DNA of 64,000 nucleotides, taken from the NCBI GenBank assembly GCA_964525285.1, contig CAZGGQ010000025.1, positions 187 through 64,186 on the forward strand, given 5' to 3'. The translations under genes were made by a program, and so were the position numbers. Below are positions 1-8,382 of the stretch, piece by piece (the stretch's first letter is position 1; each line of letters starts with the position of its first letter). The DNA is from an uncultured Chitinophaga sp. Lineage in GTDB: Bacteria > Bacteroidota > Bacteroidia > Chitinophagales > Chitinophagaceae. The notes under the pieces are model-generated. The model was given only the letters and a program-made list of their open reading frames with translations, was not told the DNA's origin and searched no databases.

Positions 1-1
1 T

Positions 2-2224
2 CGCTTTACACCACAAACAGGCGGGTCAAAATCCGGAGATATTACATTTAGTGGTGGAGGTGTGACTACACCTCCGACAGTTGCCTTAACTGGTATTGGC
101 ACAAAAACTTATTACAGCAAAGCTGCAGGTACACTCACCGATGTTTCCAACTGGGGTGATGTATCAGACGGGAGTGGAACAGCCCCACTCGATTTTACCA
201 CAGACGGGCAAATATTTACCGTTACGAATCGGGCCACGGAAACTCTTGATGCTAACTGGACAGTTTCAGGAGCAGCTGCTAAAGTTGTCACAGGCAATGG
301 TACCGGTGCAACTGAATTGATCATTCCTTCCGGCTTTGCATTAACAGGCACTGTTGATGCTGCTAATCTTGGAACACTCACCTTGCAGAACTCAACGCTT
401 CCGACGATGGGAACGTTTTCAACAGGAAGTACAATAAATTTTGCGCAGTCAGGAACTTCTGTAATTCCTGCCGGCACTTATTATCATTTAATACTGTTTA
501 GCGGCACAAAAACATTAGCGTCTGGAACTACAACTGTAAATGGCAACTTTGTTGTAGATGGCGTGACCGGGTTTAATGGATCTGCTACTCCATTCTCAAC
601 AGTAAATCTTGCCGGTGATTTTACTTTGCTGAATGCTGCTGCATTTGAACCCAATCCCACGGGTGATGGTAATCGCCTGACTTTAATTTTATCCGGTTCA
701 GGAACACAATCATTAATTGGCGGCGATTTTCAGTTATTCAGGCTTCAAACACCGGCAGCACCAGCCACTACTTTAAATATTCTTATGAGTGGTGCAAACA
801 TTTTATTGGGAAATGTAGCAAGTGGGGGGGTAAACCTGCAACAGTCAACCCATACTTTATCTTTGAACGGAGGGACTCTGACTATCCGCGGTTCAGGATT
901 TTTCAACGCAGCAAATACAGGAACCATCACTGGTCAATCAACCTCCAGCATGGTAATTGATAAGACCAGCGGGTCAACTGGTATTGGATCAATTGGTTTT
1001 ACTTCCGGCTCAAGAGTATTAAATAACCTTACTTACAATAGTGCGGGTACAGGGAGTAATAACCTGACGCTTCTTACAGATCTTAATGTTGATGGTACTC
1101 TCACCATGACAAGTGGCCGTATTGTTATCCCCGAACTGGTAACTTTACTTCTTACATCTTCAAATCCCGTATCAGGAACTGGTTTTGGAGCAACTAAGCA
1201 TATAGTAACCAATGTCAATGCCGGCACAGGTGCAAAAGGATTTTTGCGAATTAACAATATCACAGCGGCTTATACTTTCCCTACTGGCAATGGAACCCAT
1301 TATTTACCAGTCACAGTTACCCCTTCATCGGCAAATGACTTCAGCGTTTGTACATTTCCTCCTATTACCGTCAATGGTGAGCCTAACGGTACTGCATTTA
1401 CCGCTGGCCAAAAAGATGATGTTGTGGATGCCGTGTGGTTTGTAAACCGTAACACTGGTTCGGGAGATGTGACGATGACTGCTGAATGGCCCGCAGCATT
1501 AGAAGGCGTGAGCTTCGGAAGTTATCTTGACGCAGAAATTGGTATTGCCCACAATAATGGCACAAACTGGGGTATTGTTGCCGGTACTGGTAACAACACA
1601 ACTAACACAGCGACACGTACTGCTATCAGTTCATTCTCACCATTCGGTGTAGGTAAGGTTGGTCAGGCGCTTCCCGTTAAATTTGCGAATGTAAAAGCAT
1701 ACCAGCATGGAAGCAGTATTAAAATAGACTGGAGCAACCTGACAGAATCAAATGTGGTAAATTATGTAGTAGAACGTTCAGCCAATGGTAGCAGCTTTAC
1801 AGCAATTAACACAATAGGCGCTGCTAGAAATGATGGCGGCCGTGCCGATTACACTTCATTAGATGTATCGCCGTTAAATGGCGTTAATTTCTATCGTATC
1901 CGTTCAAATGAACTTGATGGTAAATCGCTTTACAGTGTCATAATGAAAGTGAATACAAAAGGAGGAGTTGCGTATATTACTCTTTATCCAAACCCTGTTA
2001 CCGGCGGGCAGGTTTCATTGCAAACAACAGGTTTGAACAAAGGGCTGTATACTGTCAGGATATTTGATGCCGGTGGTCAGCAGGTATTTAACGAGTTGAT
2101 GAATCATAATGGCGGTGCCGCAACAGAAGTGATACAATTACCGGCTGCACTTAAGCGGGGCATGTATAGTCTTCAACTGAGCGGGGCCGAAGTGAAACTG
2201 GCGCAATCGTTTATCATCAGGTAA
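2..2224 (+). CDS. 5'-partial secreted repeat-rich surface protein with FN3-like module and T9SS C-terminal sorting domain
   Basis: The frame is open from the window edge, with no stop upstream of the GTG at 62. Gly/Thr/Asn-rich beta-strand repeats. The C-terminus YPNPVTGGQVSLQ...GLYTVRIFDAGGQ...GMYSLQL fits the type-A T9SS CTD pattern. Confidence 0.7.
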   Translation, partial: RFTPQTGGSKSGDITFSGGGVTTPPTVALTGIGTKTYYSKAAGTLTDVSNWGDVSDGSGTAPLDFTTDGQIFTVTNRATETLDANWTVSGAAAKVVTGNGTGATELIIPSGFALTGTVDAANLGTLTLQNSTLPTMGTFSTGSTINFAQSGTSVIPAGTYYHLILFSGTKTLASGTTTVNGNFVVDGVTGFNGSATPFSTVNLAGDFTLLNAAAFEPNPTGDGNRLTLILSGSGTQSLIGGDFQLFRLQTPAAPATTLNILMSGANILLGNVASGGVNLQQSTHTLSLNGGTLTIRGSGFFNAANTGTITGQSTSSMVIDKTSGSTGIGSIGFTSGSRVLNNLTYNSAGTGSNNLTLLTDLNVDGTLTMTSGRIVIPELVTLLLTSSNPVSGTGFGATKHIVTNVNAGTGAKGFLRINNITAAYTFPTGNGTHYLPVTVTPSSANDFSVCTFPPITVNGEPNGTAFTAGQKDDVVDAVWFVNRNTGSGDVTMTAEWPAALEGVSFGSYLDAEIGIAHNNGTNWGIVAGTGNNTTNTATRTAISSFSPFGVGKVGQALPVKFANVKAYQHGSSIKIDWSNLTESNVVNYVVERSANGSSFTAINTIGAARNDGGRADYTSLDVSPLNGVNFYRIRSNELDGKSLYSVIMKVNTKGGVAYITLYPNPVTGGQVSLQTTGLNKGLYTVRIFDAGGQQVFNELMNHNGGAATEVIQLPAALKRGMYSLQLSGAEVKLAQSFIIR

Positions 2225-2243
2225 CTAATAAAACCACCATAAC

Positions 2244-2275
2244 AAAAAGGATCATGGCAACATGGTCCTTTTTAT
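2244..2275 (+). terminator. Rho-independent terminator-like hairpin
   Basis: AAAAAGGATCATG-GCAA-CATGGTCCTTTTT followed by a T-run, 20 nt after the stop at 2224. An identical copy lies at 4157-4189. Confidence 0.55.
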
Positions 2276-2507
2276 ATAATAGCCCCTCATCCCTGGCCCT
2301 TCTCCACGCAGTTGAGAAGGGGAATGCTGCGCTGCGGGGGAAGTCATTAAAGTATTGAAGGTTGTTTGACCCATTTTTTTTGGACAGCATTAATAAGGAA
2401 ATGTATTTGTTGCTTTAAGAGCTTGATAGAAAGAAGAGAAATAAATTGTAAGAAATATTTCACCGACGGAGGAAGGCTCCCTCTCCACCTGTGGAGAGGG
2501 TTGGGGT

Positions 2508-2805
2508 GAGGTCATCCTTCAATCAGTTTTGCTATTCCAAATGCAGCAGCAGCAGTTACTACGCCAATCAACATCACCCGCAAGGTTCCCGACCATACTT
2601 TGATACCTGACATTTTACTTTTGAAATAACCGAAACCAAACAGGCATAAAAGTAAAACGATCGCTGAAAATTTTAATCCGTCTAACGGGGAGCTAACAAA
2701 AAATAAGGGCTAAGCGGAACCATTGCGCCAACTACATAAGAGAGGCCAATGTTCAAAGTAGGTTTCGTGGCCCTTTAAGGATCTGGTTTTTCCAAACCAA
2801 GTTCA
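2508..2805 (-). pseudogene. VIT1/CCC1-family transporter, 3'-terminal fragment (dead duplicate of 4428-4725)
   Basis: Aligns base-for-base with the last ~97 codons of the intact gene. It carries AAA->TAA at the DPKRA position and a 1-nt deletion in an A-run, and has no N-terminal part. Confidence 0.75.
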
Positions 2806-3043
2806 TATTTTATCCCTGTATTCACCATTATTAAACCGGGAGCTGCGTACAGGTAGAAATTTATTTATTAAACAAGAGGTAAGAAGTCGTAAGGGTAATT
2901 TCTTAAAGTTTGATATAGGTTTGAGTATATAACTTCAAATCTGTTTTTTATTCTGCTCTTTAATGCAACCGTTACTATTGCACGGGATAATAGATTGTGT
3001 ATTTTAGTATGGCCACTTTTTTTATTATTTAAAACAATACCTT

Positions 3044-4138
3044 ATGAAAAAGATTTACTTAATGATCCTGGCTTCCGTCTTAATAAATACCGCGCAGGCC
3101 CAGGTTATTTTCTCTGAAATTCATTATGACAATAGCGGCGCAGATGTCAATGAAAGAATTGAAATTTTGGGCCCGGTGGGCACAGACCTTACGGGATGGA
3201 AGATTGAACTTTATTTTTTAGGTTCTACAGATGCCGAGCTTTATGCCACTATTTCCCTTTCCGGCACTATACCGGATCTATGCACAATAGGAGCTTATAA
3301 TTATGGCGTGATCGTTATTAATCATGCTGGAATAAATAATGGCCCTTATGCCGGAATGGCATTAATAAATAATTTAAACAATGTTGTAGAATTTCTAAGC
3401 TATGAAGGGGCTATCACGCCAAGTAACGGCTATGCTGCGGGCATGACTTCTACCAATATTACTGTCGTTGAAGACGGCAGCGGTACAAGCAACGGTTCTA
3501 TCGCCAGAAATTCAACCGGCAATGCCTGGACAACTAATGCATCTGCAAATTCTTTTGACGCCTGTAACAGTGGTTTCCTCCTTCTTGCTGCTCATTTCGG
3601 AAATGTAAAAGCGTATCAGCAGGGAACAGGAATCAGGATAGACTGGAGTAATTTGACCGAAACCGATATTGAGAATTACCAGGTGGAACGTTCTGCTGAT
3701 GGTCAATCCTTTTCTTCACTGTCTGTTATCAATGCTTCCTTTAATAATGGCGGCCGGGCGGAATATTCTTATTTTGATGCAGCGCCTTTGAGTGGTAATA
3801 ATTTTTACCGTATCCGTTCTGTTGAAATCAGCGGTAAGACTTTGTACAGTACCATTATTAAAGTGAATACGAAAGGCGGCGCTGCAGGTATTGTTATTTA
3901 TCCCAACCCGGTCACCGATGGTCAGCTGTCTTTACAAACCACGGGTTTAAACAAGGGACAATACATGGTAAGAGTGTTTGATGTTGCAGGCCAGCAGCTG
4001 CATACCCAGTTGCTGAATCTTTATGACGGGTCTGCCACTGAATTGATACAATTGCCCCCGACGGTTAAGCCGGGGATCTATAATCTTCAACTGAGCGGGA
4101 CCGAAGTGAGACTGGCGCAATCGTTTATCATCAGGTAA
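3044..4138 (+). CDS. Secreted lamin-tail-domain (LTD)-like protein with FN3-like module and T9SS C-terminal sorting domain
   Basis: Signal peptide MKKIYLMILASVLINTAQA. VIFSEIHYDNSGADVNERIEILGP..LTGWKIELY resembles LTD. The C-terminal 180 aa is paralogous to ORF 2-2224, including the YPNPVTDGQLSLQ CTD. Confidence 0.7.
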   Translation: MKKIYLMILASVLINTAQAQVIFSEIHYDNSGADVNERIEILGPVGTDLTGWKIELYFLGSTDAELYATISLSGTIPDLCTIGAYNYGVIVINHAGINNGPYAGMALINNLNNVVEFLSYEGAITPSNGYAAGMTSTNITVVEDGSGTSNGSIARNSTGNAWTTNASANSFDACNSGFLLLAAHFGNVKAYQQGTGIRIDWSNLTETDIENYQVERSADGQSFSSLSVINASFNNGGRAEYSYFDAAPLSGNNFYRIRSVEISGKTLYSTIIKVNTKGGAAGIVIYPNPVTDGQLSLQTTGLNKGQYMVRVFDVAGQQLHTQLLNLYDGSATELIQLPPTVKPGIYNLQLSGTEVRLAQSFIIR

Positions 4139-4725
4139 TTAATAAACCCACCATAACAAAAAGGATCATGGCAACATGGTCCTTTTTGTATAATAGCCCC
4201 TCATCCCTGGCCCTTCTCCACGGGGTGGAGAAGTGGAATGCTACGCTGCGCGGAGAAGTCATTAGAGTATTGAAGGTTGTTTGACCTATTTTTTTTTGAC
4301 AGCATTAATAAAGAAATGTATTTGTTGCTTTAAGAGCTGATAGAAAAAAAGAAAAATAAATATTGAAAAAATATTTCTCCGACGGAGGGCGTCTCCCTCT
4401 CCACCCGTGGAGAGGGTTGGGGTGAGGTCATCCTTCAATCAATTTTGCTATTCCAAATGCAGCTGCGGCCGCTATAGCACCTATGAGCATCACCCGTAAG
4501 GCCCCGGACCATACTTTGATACCTGTCATTTTACTTTTGAAGTAACCGAAACCAAACAGGCATATAAGTGTAACGATCGCTGAAATTTTTAATCCGTCCA
4601 ACGGTGAGCTTACAAAAAAATAAGGGCTAAGCGGAACCATTCCGCCTACGACATAAGAGAGGCCAATGTTCAAAGCAGATTTCGTGGCCCTTTTAGGATC
4701 TGGTTTTTCCAAACCCAATTCATAT
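3596..4725. repeat. Segmental duplication, copy B (partner 1681-2805)
   Basis: See copy A. The offset between copies is about 1915-1920 nt. Confidence 0.8.
4157..4189 (+). terminator. Rho-independent terminator-like hairpin
   Basis: Same AAAAAGGATCATG/CATGGTCCTTTTT hairpin plus T-run as at 2244-2275. Confidence 0.55.
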
Positions 4726-5144
4726 TTCATCATGAAATCAACCCATTGCTTTTTATCCTGCGCAATTTCTTCGGTGGCTTTCTCCTGTAATTCTTTGCTT
4801 AAACCAATATTGGCAAAAAATTCTTTGGTCTCATCAATTTCTCTTTCGCGAAGATTATCCACTTCATAGTATTCTCTTTTTTCTTCGCTGCGGTAATGAT
4901 CCTGCTCTGTTTTTCCGGCAAGGTATCCGCCGAGACCCATTGCAATGGAACCGGCGGCTACTTCGGCAATGCCGGCAATAACAATGATAGAAGTGGAATC
5001 AACGGCTCCGCTCAGACCTGCGGCAAGGGCAAATGGAACGGTGAGGCCATCGCTCATGCCGATCACAATATCCCTGAGCGCCGCACTGCTTTTCAGGTGC
5101 TCTTCCTGGTGCGGGTCTCTGTCGTGGTGAAGGTGGGTGTCCAT
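4428..5144 (-). CDS. VIT1/CCC1-family iron/manganese transporter
   Basis: LRDIVIGMSDGLTVPFALAAGLSG motif, central acidic helix region and C-terminal TM helices. His-rich N-terminus. Confidence 0.85.
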   Translation of the reverse strand: MDTHLHHDRDPHQEEHLKSSAALRDIVIGMSDGLTVPFALAAGLSGAVDSTSIIVIAGIAEVAAGSIAMGLGGYLAGKTEQDHYRSEEKREYYEVDNLREREIDETKEFFANIGLSKELQEKATEEIAQDKKQWVDFMMKYELGLEKPDPKRATKSALNIGLSYVVGGMVPLSPYFFVSSPLDGLKISAIVTLICLFGFGYFKSKMTGIKVWSGALRVMLIGAIAAAAAFGIAKLIEG

Positions 5145-5274
5145 GAGATGAAGATAAATATAAATAATTTTTAAACGGAAAGAGAGTTGCTGATTATTGA
5201 AATAAAATTATTTATTATGGCAATTTAAAAGTTTGAAGTCATGAATTTTGAAAGTCTCTCTGAACTTTAGGGTT

Positions 5275-5295
5275 GTCATGCCGGGCTTGACCCGG
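5275..5295. repeat. 21-nt unit GTCATGCCGGGCTTGACCCGG (hairpin-forming), left flank of GIY-YIG mini-gene
   Basis: Matches 19/21 with the unit at 5661-5681 in the same orientation. Contains an internal GCCGGG/CCCGGC stem. Confidence 0.7.
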
Positions 5296-5324
5296 CATCT
5301 TTCCCTGATTTAACTAATATGTTA

Positions 5325-5618
5325 TTACCAGTCTTTGGCTAAATCATGTAAATCAGGATTCTCCTTTCTTATCAATTCTATTTTCCATTTTCGCTGCCAG
5401 TTTTTAAGTTGTTTTTCTCGGGCAATTGCATTATTAACATCTGTATAGTATTCATAATATACCAGATAATGACAATTGTATTTTGTTGTAAAAACACTTC
5501 CTTCATTATTTCGGTGTTCACGAACTCACCTTTCAAGATTGTTCGTCATACCAATATAAAAGACAGTTCTTGCATAATTGGAATGAATATAAACTGAAAA
5601 TGAACCGATACGAGCCAT
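5325..5618 (-). pseudogene. GIY-YIG nuclease-family mini-gene (COG2827-like) with in-frame TGA
   Basis: Manual translation: MARIGSFSVYIHSNYARTVFYIGMTNNLER*VREHRNNEGSVFTTKYNCHYLVYYEYY..AIAREKQLKNWQRKWKIELI. The TGA (5526-5528) replaces the conserved Arg of the LxRRxxEH motif. The gene is missing from the ORF track because of this stop. Confidence 0.8.
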
Positions 5619-5660
5619 ATTGCAAAATAGAAAATTACGAAAACAATAATGCTGTTTTGG

Positions 5661-5699
5661 GTCACCCCGGGCTTGACCCGGGGTCAAGCCCGGGGTGAC
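5661..5699. repeat. 39-nt near-perfect palindrome GTCACCCCGGGCTTGACCC-G-GGGTCAAGCCCGGGGTGAC
   Basis: 19-nt arms are exact reverse complements around one central base. The left half equals the 5275-5295 unit. It lies between the rocD stop and the GIY-YIG start. Confidence 0.85.
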
Positions 5700-5724
5700 A
5701 CGAATCCGTCAGATGTGGACACAT

Positions 5725-6960
5725 TTAATTTAGTACTGCAAGACTTTTACCAATTATTCCTACACATTCCATTATTTGTTCCTTCGTAATAATAAGGGGA
5801 GGAGCGAGCCTGATCTTATCACCATGGGTTGGCTTGGCAAGCAAGCCATTCTCTTTAAGCTCTAAACAAAGTTTCCATGCTGCATCTTTATCAGGATGCT
5901 GAATAACGATGGCATTTAATAAACCTTTTCCTCTTATAATACTGATATGAGGTGATTTAAGATTTTCAAGTTGAGCTCTCAACAATTTACCCATTGCTTC
6001 AGCGTTCTCAGCCATTTTCTCATCTTTCAATACCTGCAGCGCTGTCATGGCTACTTTACAGGCCAATGGATTGCCGCCATAAGTAGAACCATGCTCGCCG
6101 GGTTTGATGGTTATCATAATTTCGTCATCACAAAGCACAGCACTTACAGGCAGCATACCGCCGCTCAATGCTTTTCCCAATAGCAAAATATCCGGTCTGA
6201 TATTTTCATGATCACAGGCCAGCATTTTTCCTGTCCTGGCCAGGCCGGTTTGGATCTCATCGGCCATGAAAAGAACATGAGCTTCTTCGCATAATTCTTT
6301 TGCTTTTTTTAGATAGCCATTATCGGGAACGACCACCCCCGCTTCACCCTGGATGGGTTCCACCAGGAAGCCTGCAACATGTTTATCCGTTAATGCAAGG
6401 GCCAGTGCATTGATATCGTTGTATGGGATCATTTCAAAACCCGGCATATAGGGGCCGAAATTCTTTTTGGATGCCGGGTCACTGCTGAAAGAGATAACCG
6501 TGGATGTGCGGCCATGAAAATTTCCTTCGCATACAATGATCTTTGCTTTGCTTTCTTCAATTCCTTTTACTTCATAGGCCCACTTACGGCAGAGTTTGAT
6601 GCCGGTTTCCACTGCTTCCACACCGGTATTCATCGGTAATACTTTATCATAACCGAAATAATCGGTTATAAACTTTGCATACTCTCCAAGCAGATCGTTG
6701 TGAAAGGCACGGCTGGTGAGCGTTAGTTTTTTGGATTGCCCTATAAAAGCCTGAACGATTTTGGGGTGGCAATGCCCCTGGTTCAGGGCAGAGTAACCAC
6801 TGAGAAAGTCGAAATATTTTTTTCCGTCAACATCCCATACAAATACGCCTTCGCCCCGGTTCAACACAACCGGGATGGGATGATAATTGTGAGCTCCGCA
6901 TTGCTCCTCCAGTTCAAGATAATATTGCGTCGTTGATGACATATTTATAAGTTGTTCCAT
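5725..6960 (-). CDS. rocD: Ornithine aminotransferase (ornithine--oxo-acid transaminase)
   Basis: Class-III aminotransferase. N-terminus [50 protein letters not shown] is typical of RocD/OAT, and [11 protein letters not shown] is the PLP region. Confidence 0.9.
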   Translation of the reverse strand: MEQLINMSSTTQYYLELEEQCGAHNYHPIPVVLNRGEGVFVWDVDGKKYFDFLSGYSALNQGHCHPKIVQAFIGQSKKLTLTSRAFHNDLLGEYAKFITDYFGYDKVLPMNTGVEAVETGIKLCRKWAYEVKGIEESKAKIIVCEGNFHGRTSTVISFSSDPASKKNFGPYMPGFEMIPYNDINALALALTDKHVAGFLVEPIQGEAGVVVPDNGYLKKAKELCEEAHVLFMADEIQTGLARTGKMLACDHENIRPDILLLGKALSGGMLPVSAVLCDDEIMITIKPGEHGSTYGGNPLACKVAMTALQVLKDEKMAENAEAMGKLLRAQLENLKSPHISIIRGKGLLNAIVIQHPDKDAAWKLCLELKENGLLAKPTHGDKIRLAPPLIITKEQIMECVGIIGKSLAVLN

Positions 6961-7156
6961 GACCGATGAATTAAAAAAGAGATAAGAATAGTAACGTCAA
7001 AAACTCTCCGCCAGTCGGCAGAGATGGGGGTCTTTTATCCTCGATGATTGAGCAGGTCGAGGTTTGCAGAAAGGAAATTTATTATCGTTACATTGATAAT
7101 CATGCAAGTGTGCAAGATACAAAATATTATCGGATTCTTTCAATTTCAAAATAACA

Positions 7157-7268
7157 GGTAGTGTCCGGGTTTCAATATTTCTCGCAGCGTTCGCTGCGAA
7201 GCAGTGGCGCATCGTTGCGCTCTTTACCTCTTTGCGGGCTTTACGTGAAACCAAAACCGGACACTACC
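7157..7268. repeat. CGCAAAG/GTGAAA-type inverted-repeat element, empty copy R1
   Basis: Outer IR is GGTAGTGTCCGG...CCGGACACTACC. The inner ends TTTCTCGCAGCG... and ...CTTTGCGGGCTTTACGTGAAA resemble the copies at 10791, 24961 and 42579/43041. Confidence 0.65.
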
Positions 7269-7303
7269 ATTTATCATGAATGGACTGGTTTGAAACACTT
7301 AGA

Positions 7304-7380
7304 CACAGGGACACAAAGTCAAAAGAATATCATTTCACAAGTTCATTTGAAATTGAATTTTCTGATTCCGTGTCCCTGTG
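7304..7380. repeat. Long hairpin: 11-bp perfect IR CACAGGGACAC...GTGTCCCTGTG with 55-nt loop
   Basis: The arms are exact reverse complements. Lies in the 463-nt queD-rocD spacer. Confidence 0.7.
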
Positions 7381-7423
7381 CCCTGCTGTCATGGTGTTTC
7401 AGGTAGAAATTTAATCTGGCACA

Positions 7424-7780
7424 TTACTCTCCGCTGTAAATGACGCCCGTAGTGGGGGTTTCTTTTAGTTCAACACGGCAAAGCGACGGAAGCAAAGGTT
7501 TTATTTGTTTCCAGAGCCAGGAAGTAATATTTTCCGCAGTAGGATTTTCAAGCCCGCTGATATTATTGAGAAGATTATGATCCAGCTTATCGATCACAGG
7601 GGTAACAATATCTTTCAGATCCTTGAAATCAATGATCCATCCAAACTGTTCATCCGGCTTGCCTTTTATATAAATCCGGACACGATACGTATGACCATGT
7701 ATGTTTTTGCATTTATGGCCCTCACGCACATTGGGAAGAAAATGCGCCGAATCAAAAGCAAATTCTTTATATATCTCCAT
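7424..7780 (-). CDS. queD: 6-carboxy-5,6,7,8-tetrahydropterin synthase
   Basis: MEIYKEFAFDSAHFLP..GHKCKNIHGHTYRVRIYIKG...GWIIDFKDLK is the PTPS/QueD signature. Start moved to the ATG giving the canonical N-terminus. Confidence 0.85.
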   Translation of the reverse strand: MEIYKEFAFDSAHFLPNVREGHKCKNIHGHTYRVRIYIKGKPDEQFGWIIDFKDLKDIVTPVIDKLDHNLLNNISGLENPTAENITSWLWKQIKPLLPSLCRVELKETPTTGVIYSGE

Positions 7781-7857
7781 GATTTGTAATTTTAGCCGCA
7801 AATGTAATAGACAGGGATTATTTTACGCCTGACTTTAAACAATAACAAAAAGAATTT

Positions 7858-8382
7858 ATGGATTATAAGGTACCTGCCGGCACAAGAATCGGCATGTGCA
7901 TTTAAAAGTGGCTGACCTTGAAAGGTCGTTGAAATTTTACCGTGACCTGCCCGGGTTTGAGCTGCAGCAATATTATGGCGATAGTGCTGCATTTATTTCT
8001 GCAGGCGGTTATCATCATCATACCTGCCTGCCGGCAGGCAGGTTGGGCTGAATACCTGGCATAGCAAGAACGAAGGCCCGTCTTCCGTTAAGACAGCAGG
8101 GCTGTATCATACTGCTGTTTTATACCCTGCGAGGAAAGATCTTGCTGTTGTGCTGAAAAGATTAATGGAAGCTAATTATCCACTAACCGGCGCCTCCGAT
8201 CATGGTGTAACAGAAGCCATTTACCTGGATGACCCGGATAAAAATGGCGTGGAGTTATATTGGACAAACCAAAAGAGCAATGGCCAAGGGATGCGAAAGG
8301 CAACCTGCAAATGTTTACTGAATGACTGGATATTGAGGACCTGTTGAAATCAGCCAGTAGATTCCCTGACAAAATAATTTGA
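7858..8382 (+). pseudogene. VOC/glyoxalase-family (catechol dioxygenase-like) gene with four lesions
   Basis: The pieces read MDYKVPAGTRIG / HVHLKVADLERSLKFYRDLPGFELQQYYGDSAAFISAGGYHHH / IGLNTWHSKN...GASDHGVTEAIYLDDPDKNGVELYW / KPKEQWPRDAKGNLQMFTE*LDIEDLLKSA. Lesions are 1-nt deletions near 7894 and 8263, a 20-nt palindrome insertion, and a TGA at 8323-8325. Confidence 0.8.
8022..8043. repeat. Perfect palindrome ACCTGCCTGCC|GGCAGGCAGGT (20-nt core CCTGCCTGCCGGCAGGCAGG) inserted in VOC gene
   Basis: Deleting the 20-nt core restores CAT CAT CAT ATT GGG CTG AAT ACC TGG = HHHIGLNTW. Confidence 0.85.

Larger units (their letters stand above)
1681..2805. repeat. Segmental duplication, copy A (partner 3596-4725)
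   Basis: Colinear similarity by eye from FANVKAYQ in the CDS, through the stop, terminator hairpin and two GC hairpins, into a VIT-gene tail fragment. Confidence 0.8.

Noticed and set aside
5145-5324. A metal-sensing riboswitch (yybP-ykoY type) upstream of the VIT-family Fe/Mn transporter.
   Set aside because: Reading the minus-strand leader, I could not find the conserved GGGGAGUAG-type core or the paired four-way junction segments. The region is AT-rich and then runs into the GIY-YIG cassette. A covariance-model scan would be needed to exclude it formally.
5526-5528. In-frame TGA (GIY-YIG, VOC), TAG (GxxExxY) and TAA/TGA (tape-measure-like region) as possible evidence for stop-codon reassignment or programmed readthrough.
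   Set aside because: All three stop codons are involved. Each of them also terminates well-supported housekeeping genes in this window at the expected length. The affected genes also carry frameshifts or lost signature residues. Ordinary pseudogenisation explains the data better than recoding.
6997-7406. Track ORFs inside repeat elements (6997-7254, 7161-7406, 10740-10964, 10804-11232, 24983-25165, 47222-47491, 45715-46026) as small proteins.
   Set aside because: They translate the palindromic or tandem repeats (for example ...TLRLCVK, ...QNPASRIQHPESRI, ...QPFEPVKLLEPFKPLE) and overlap neighbouring real genes or terminators. There is no independent coding signal.
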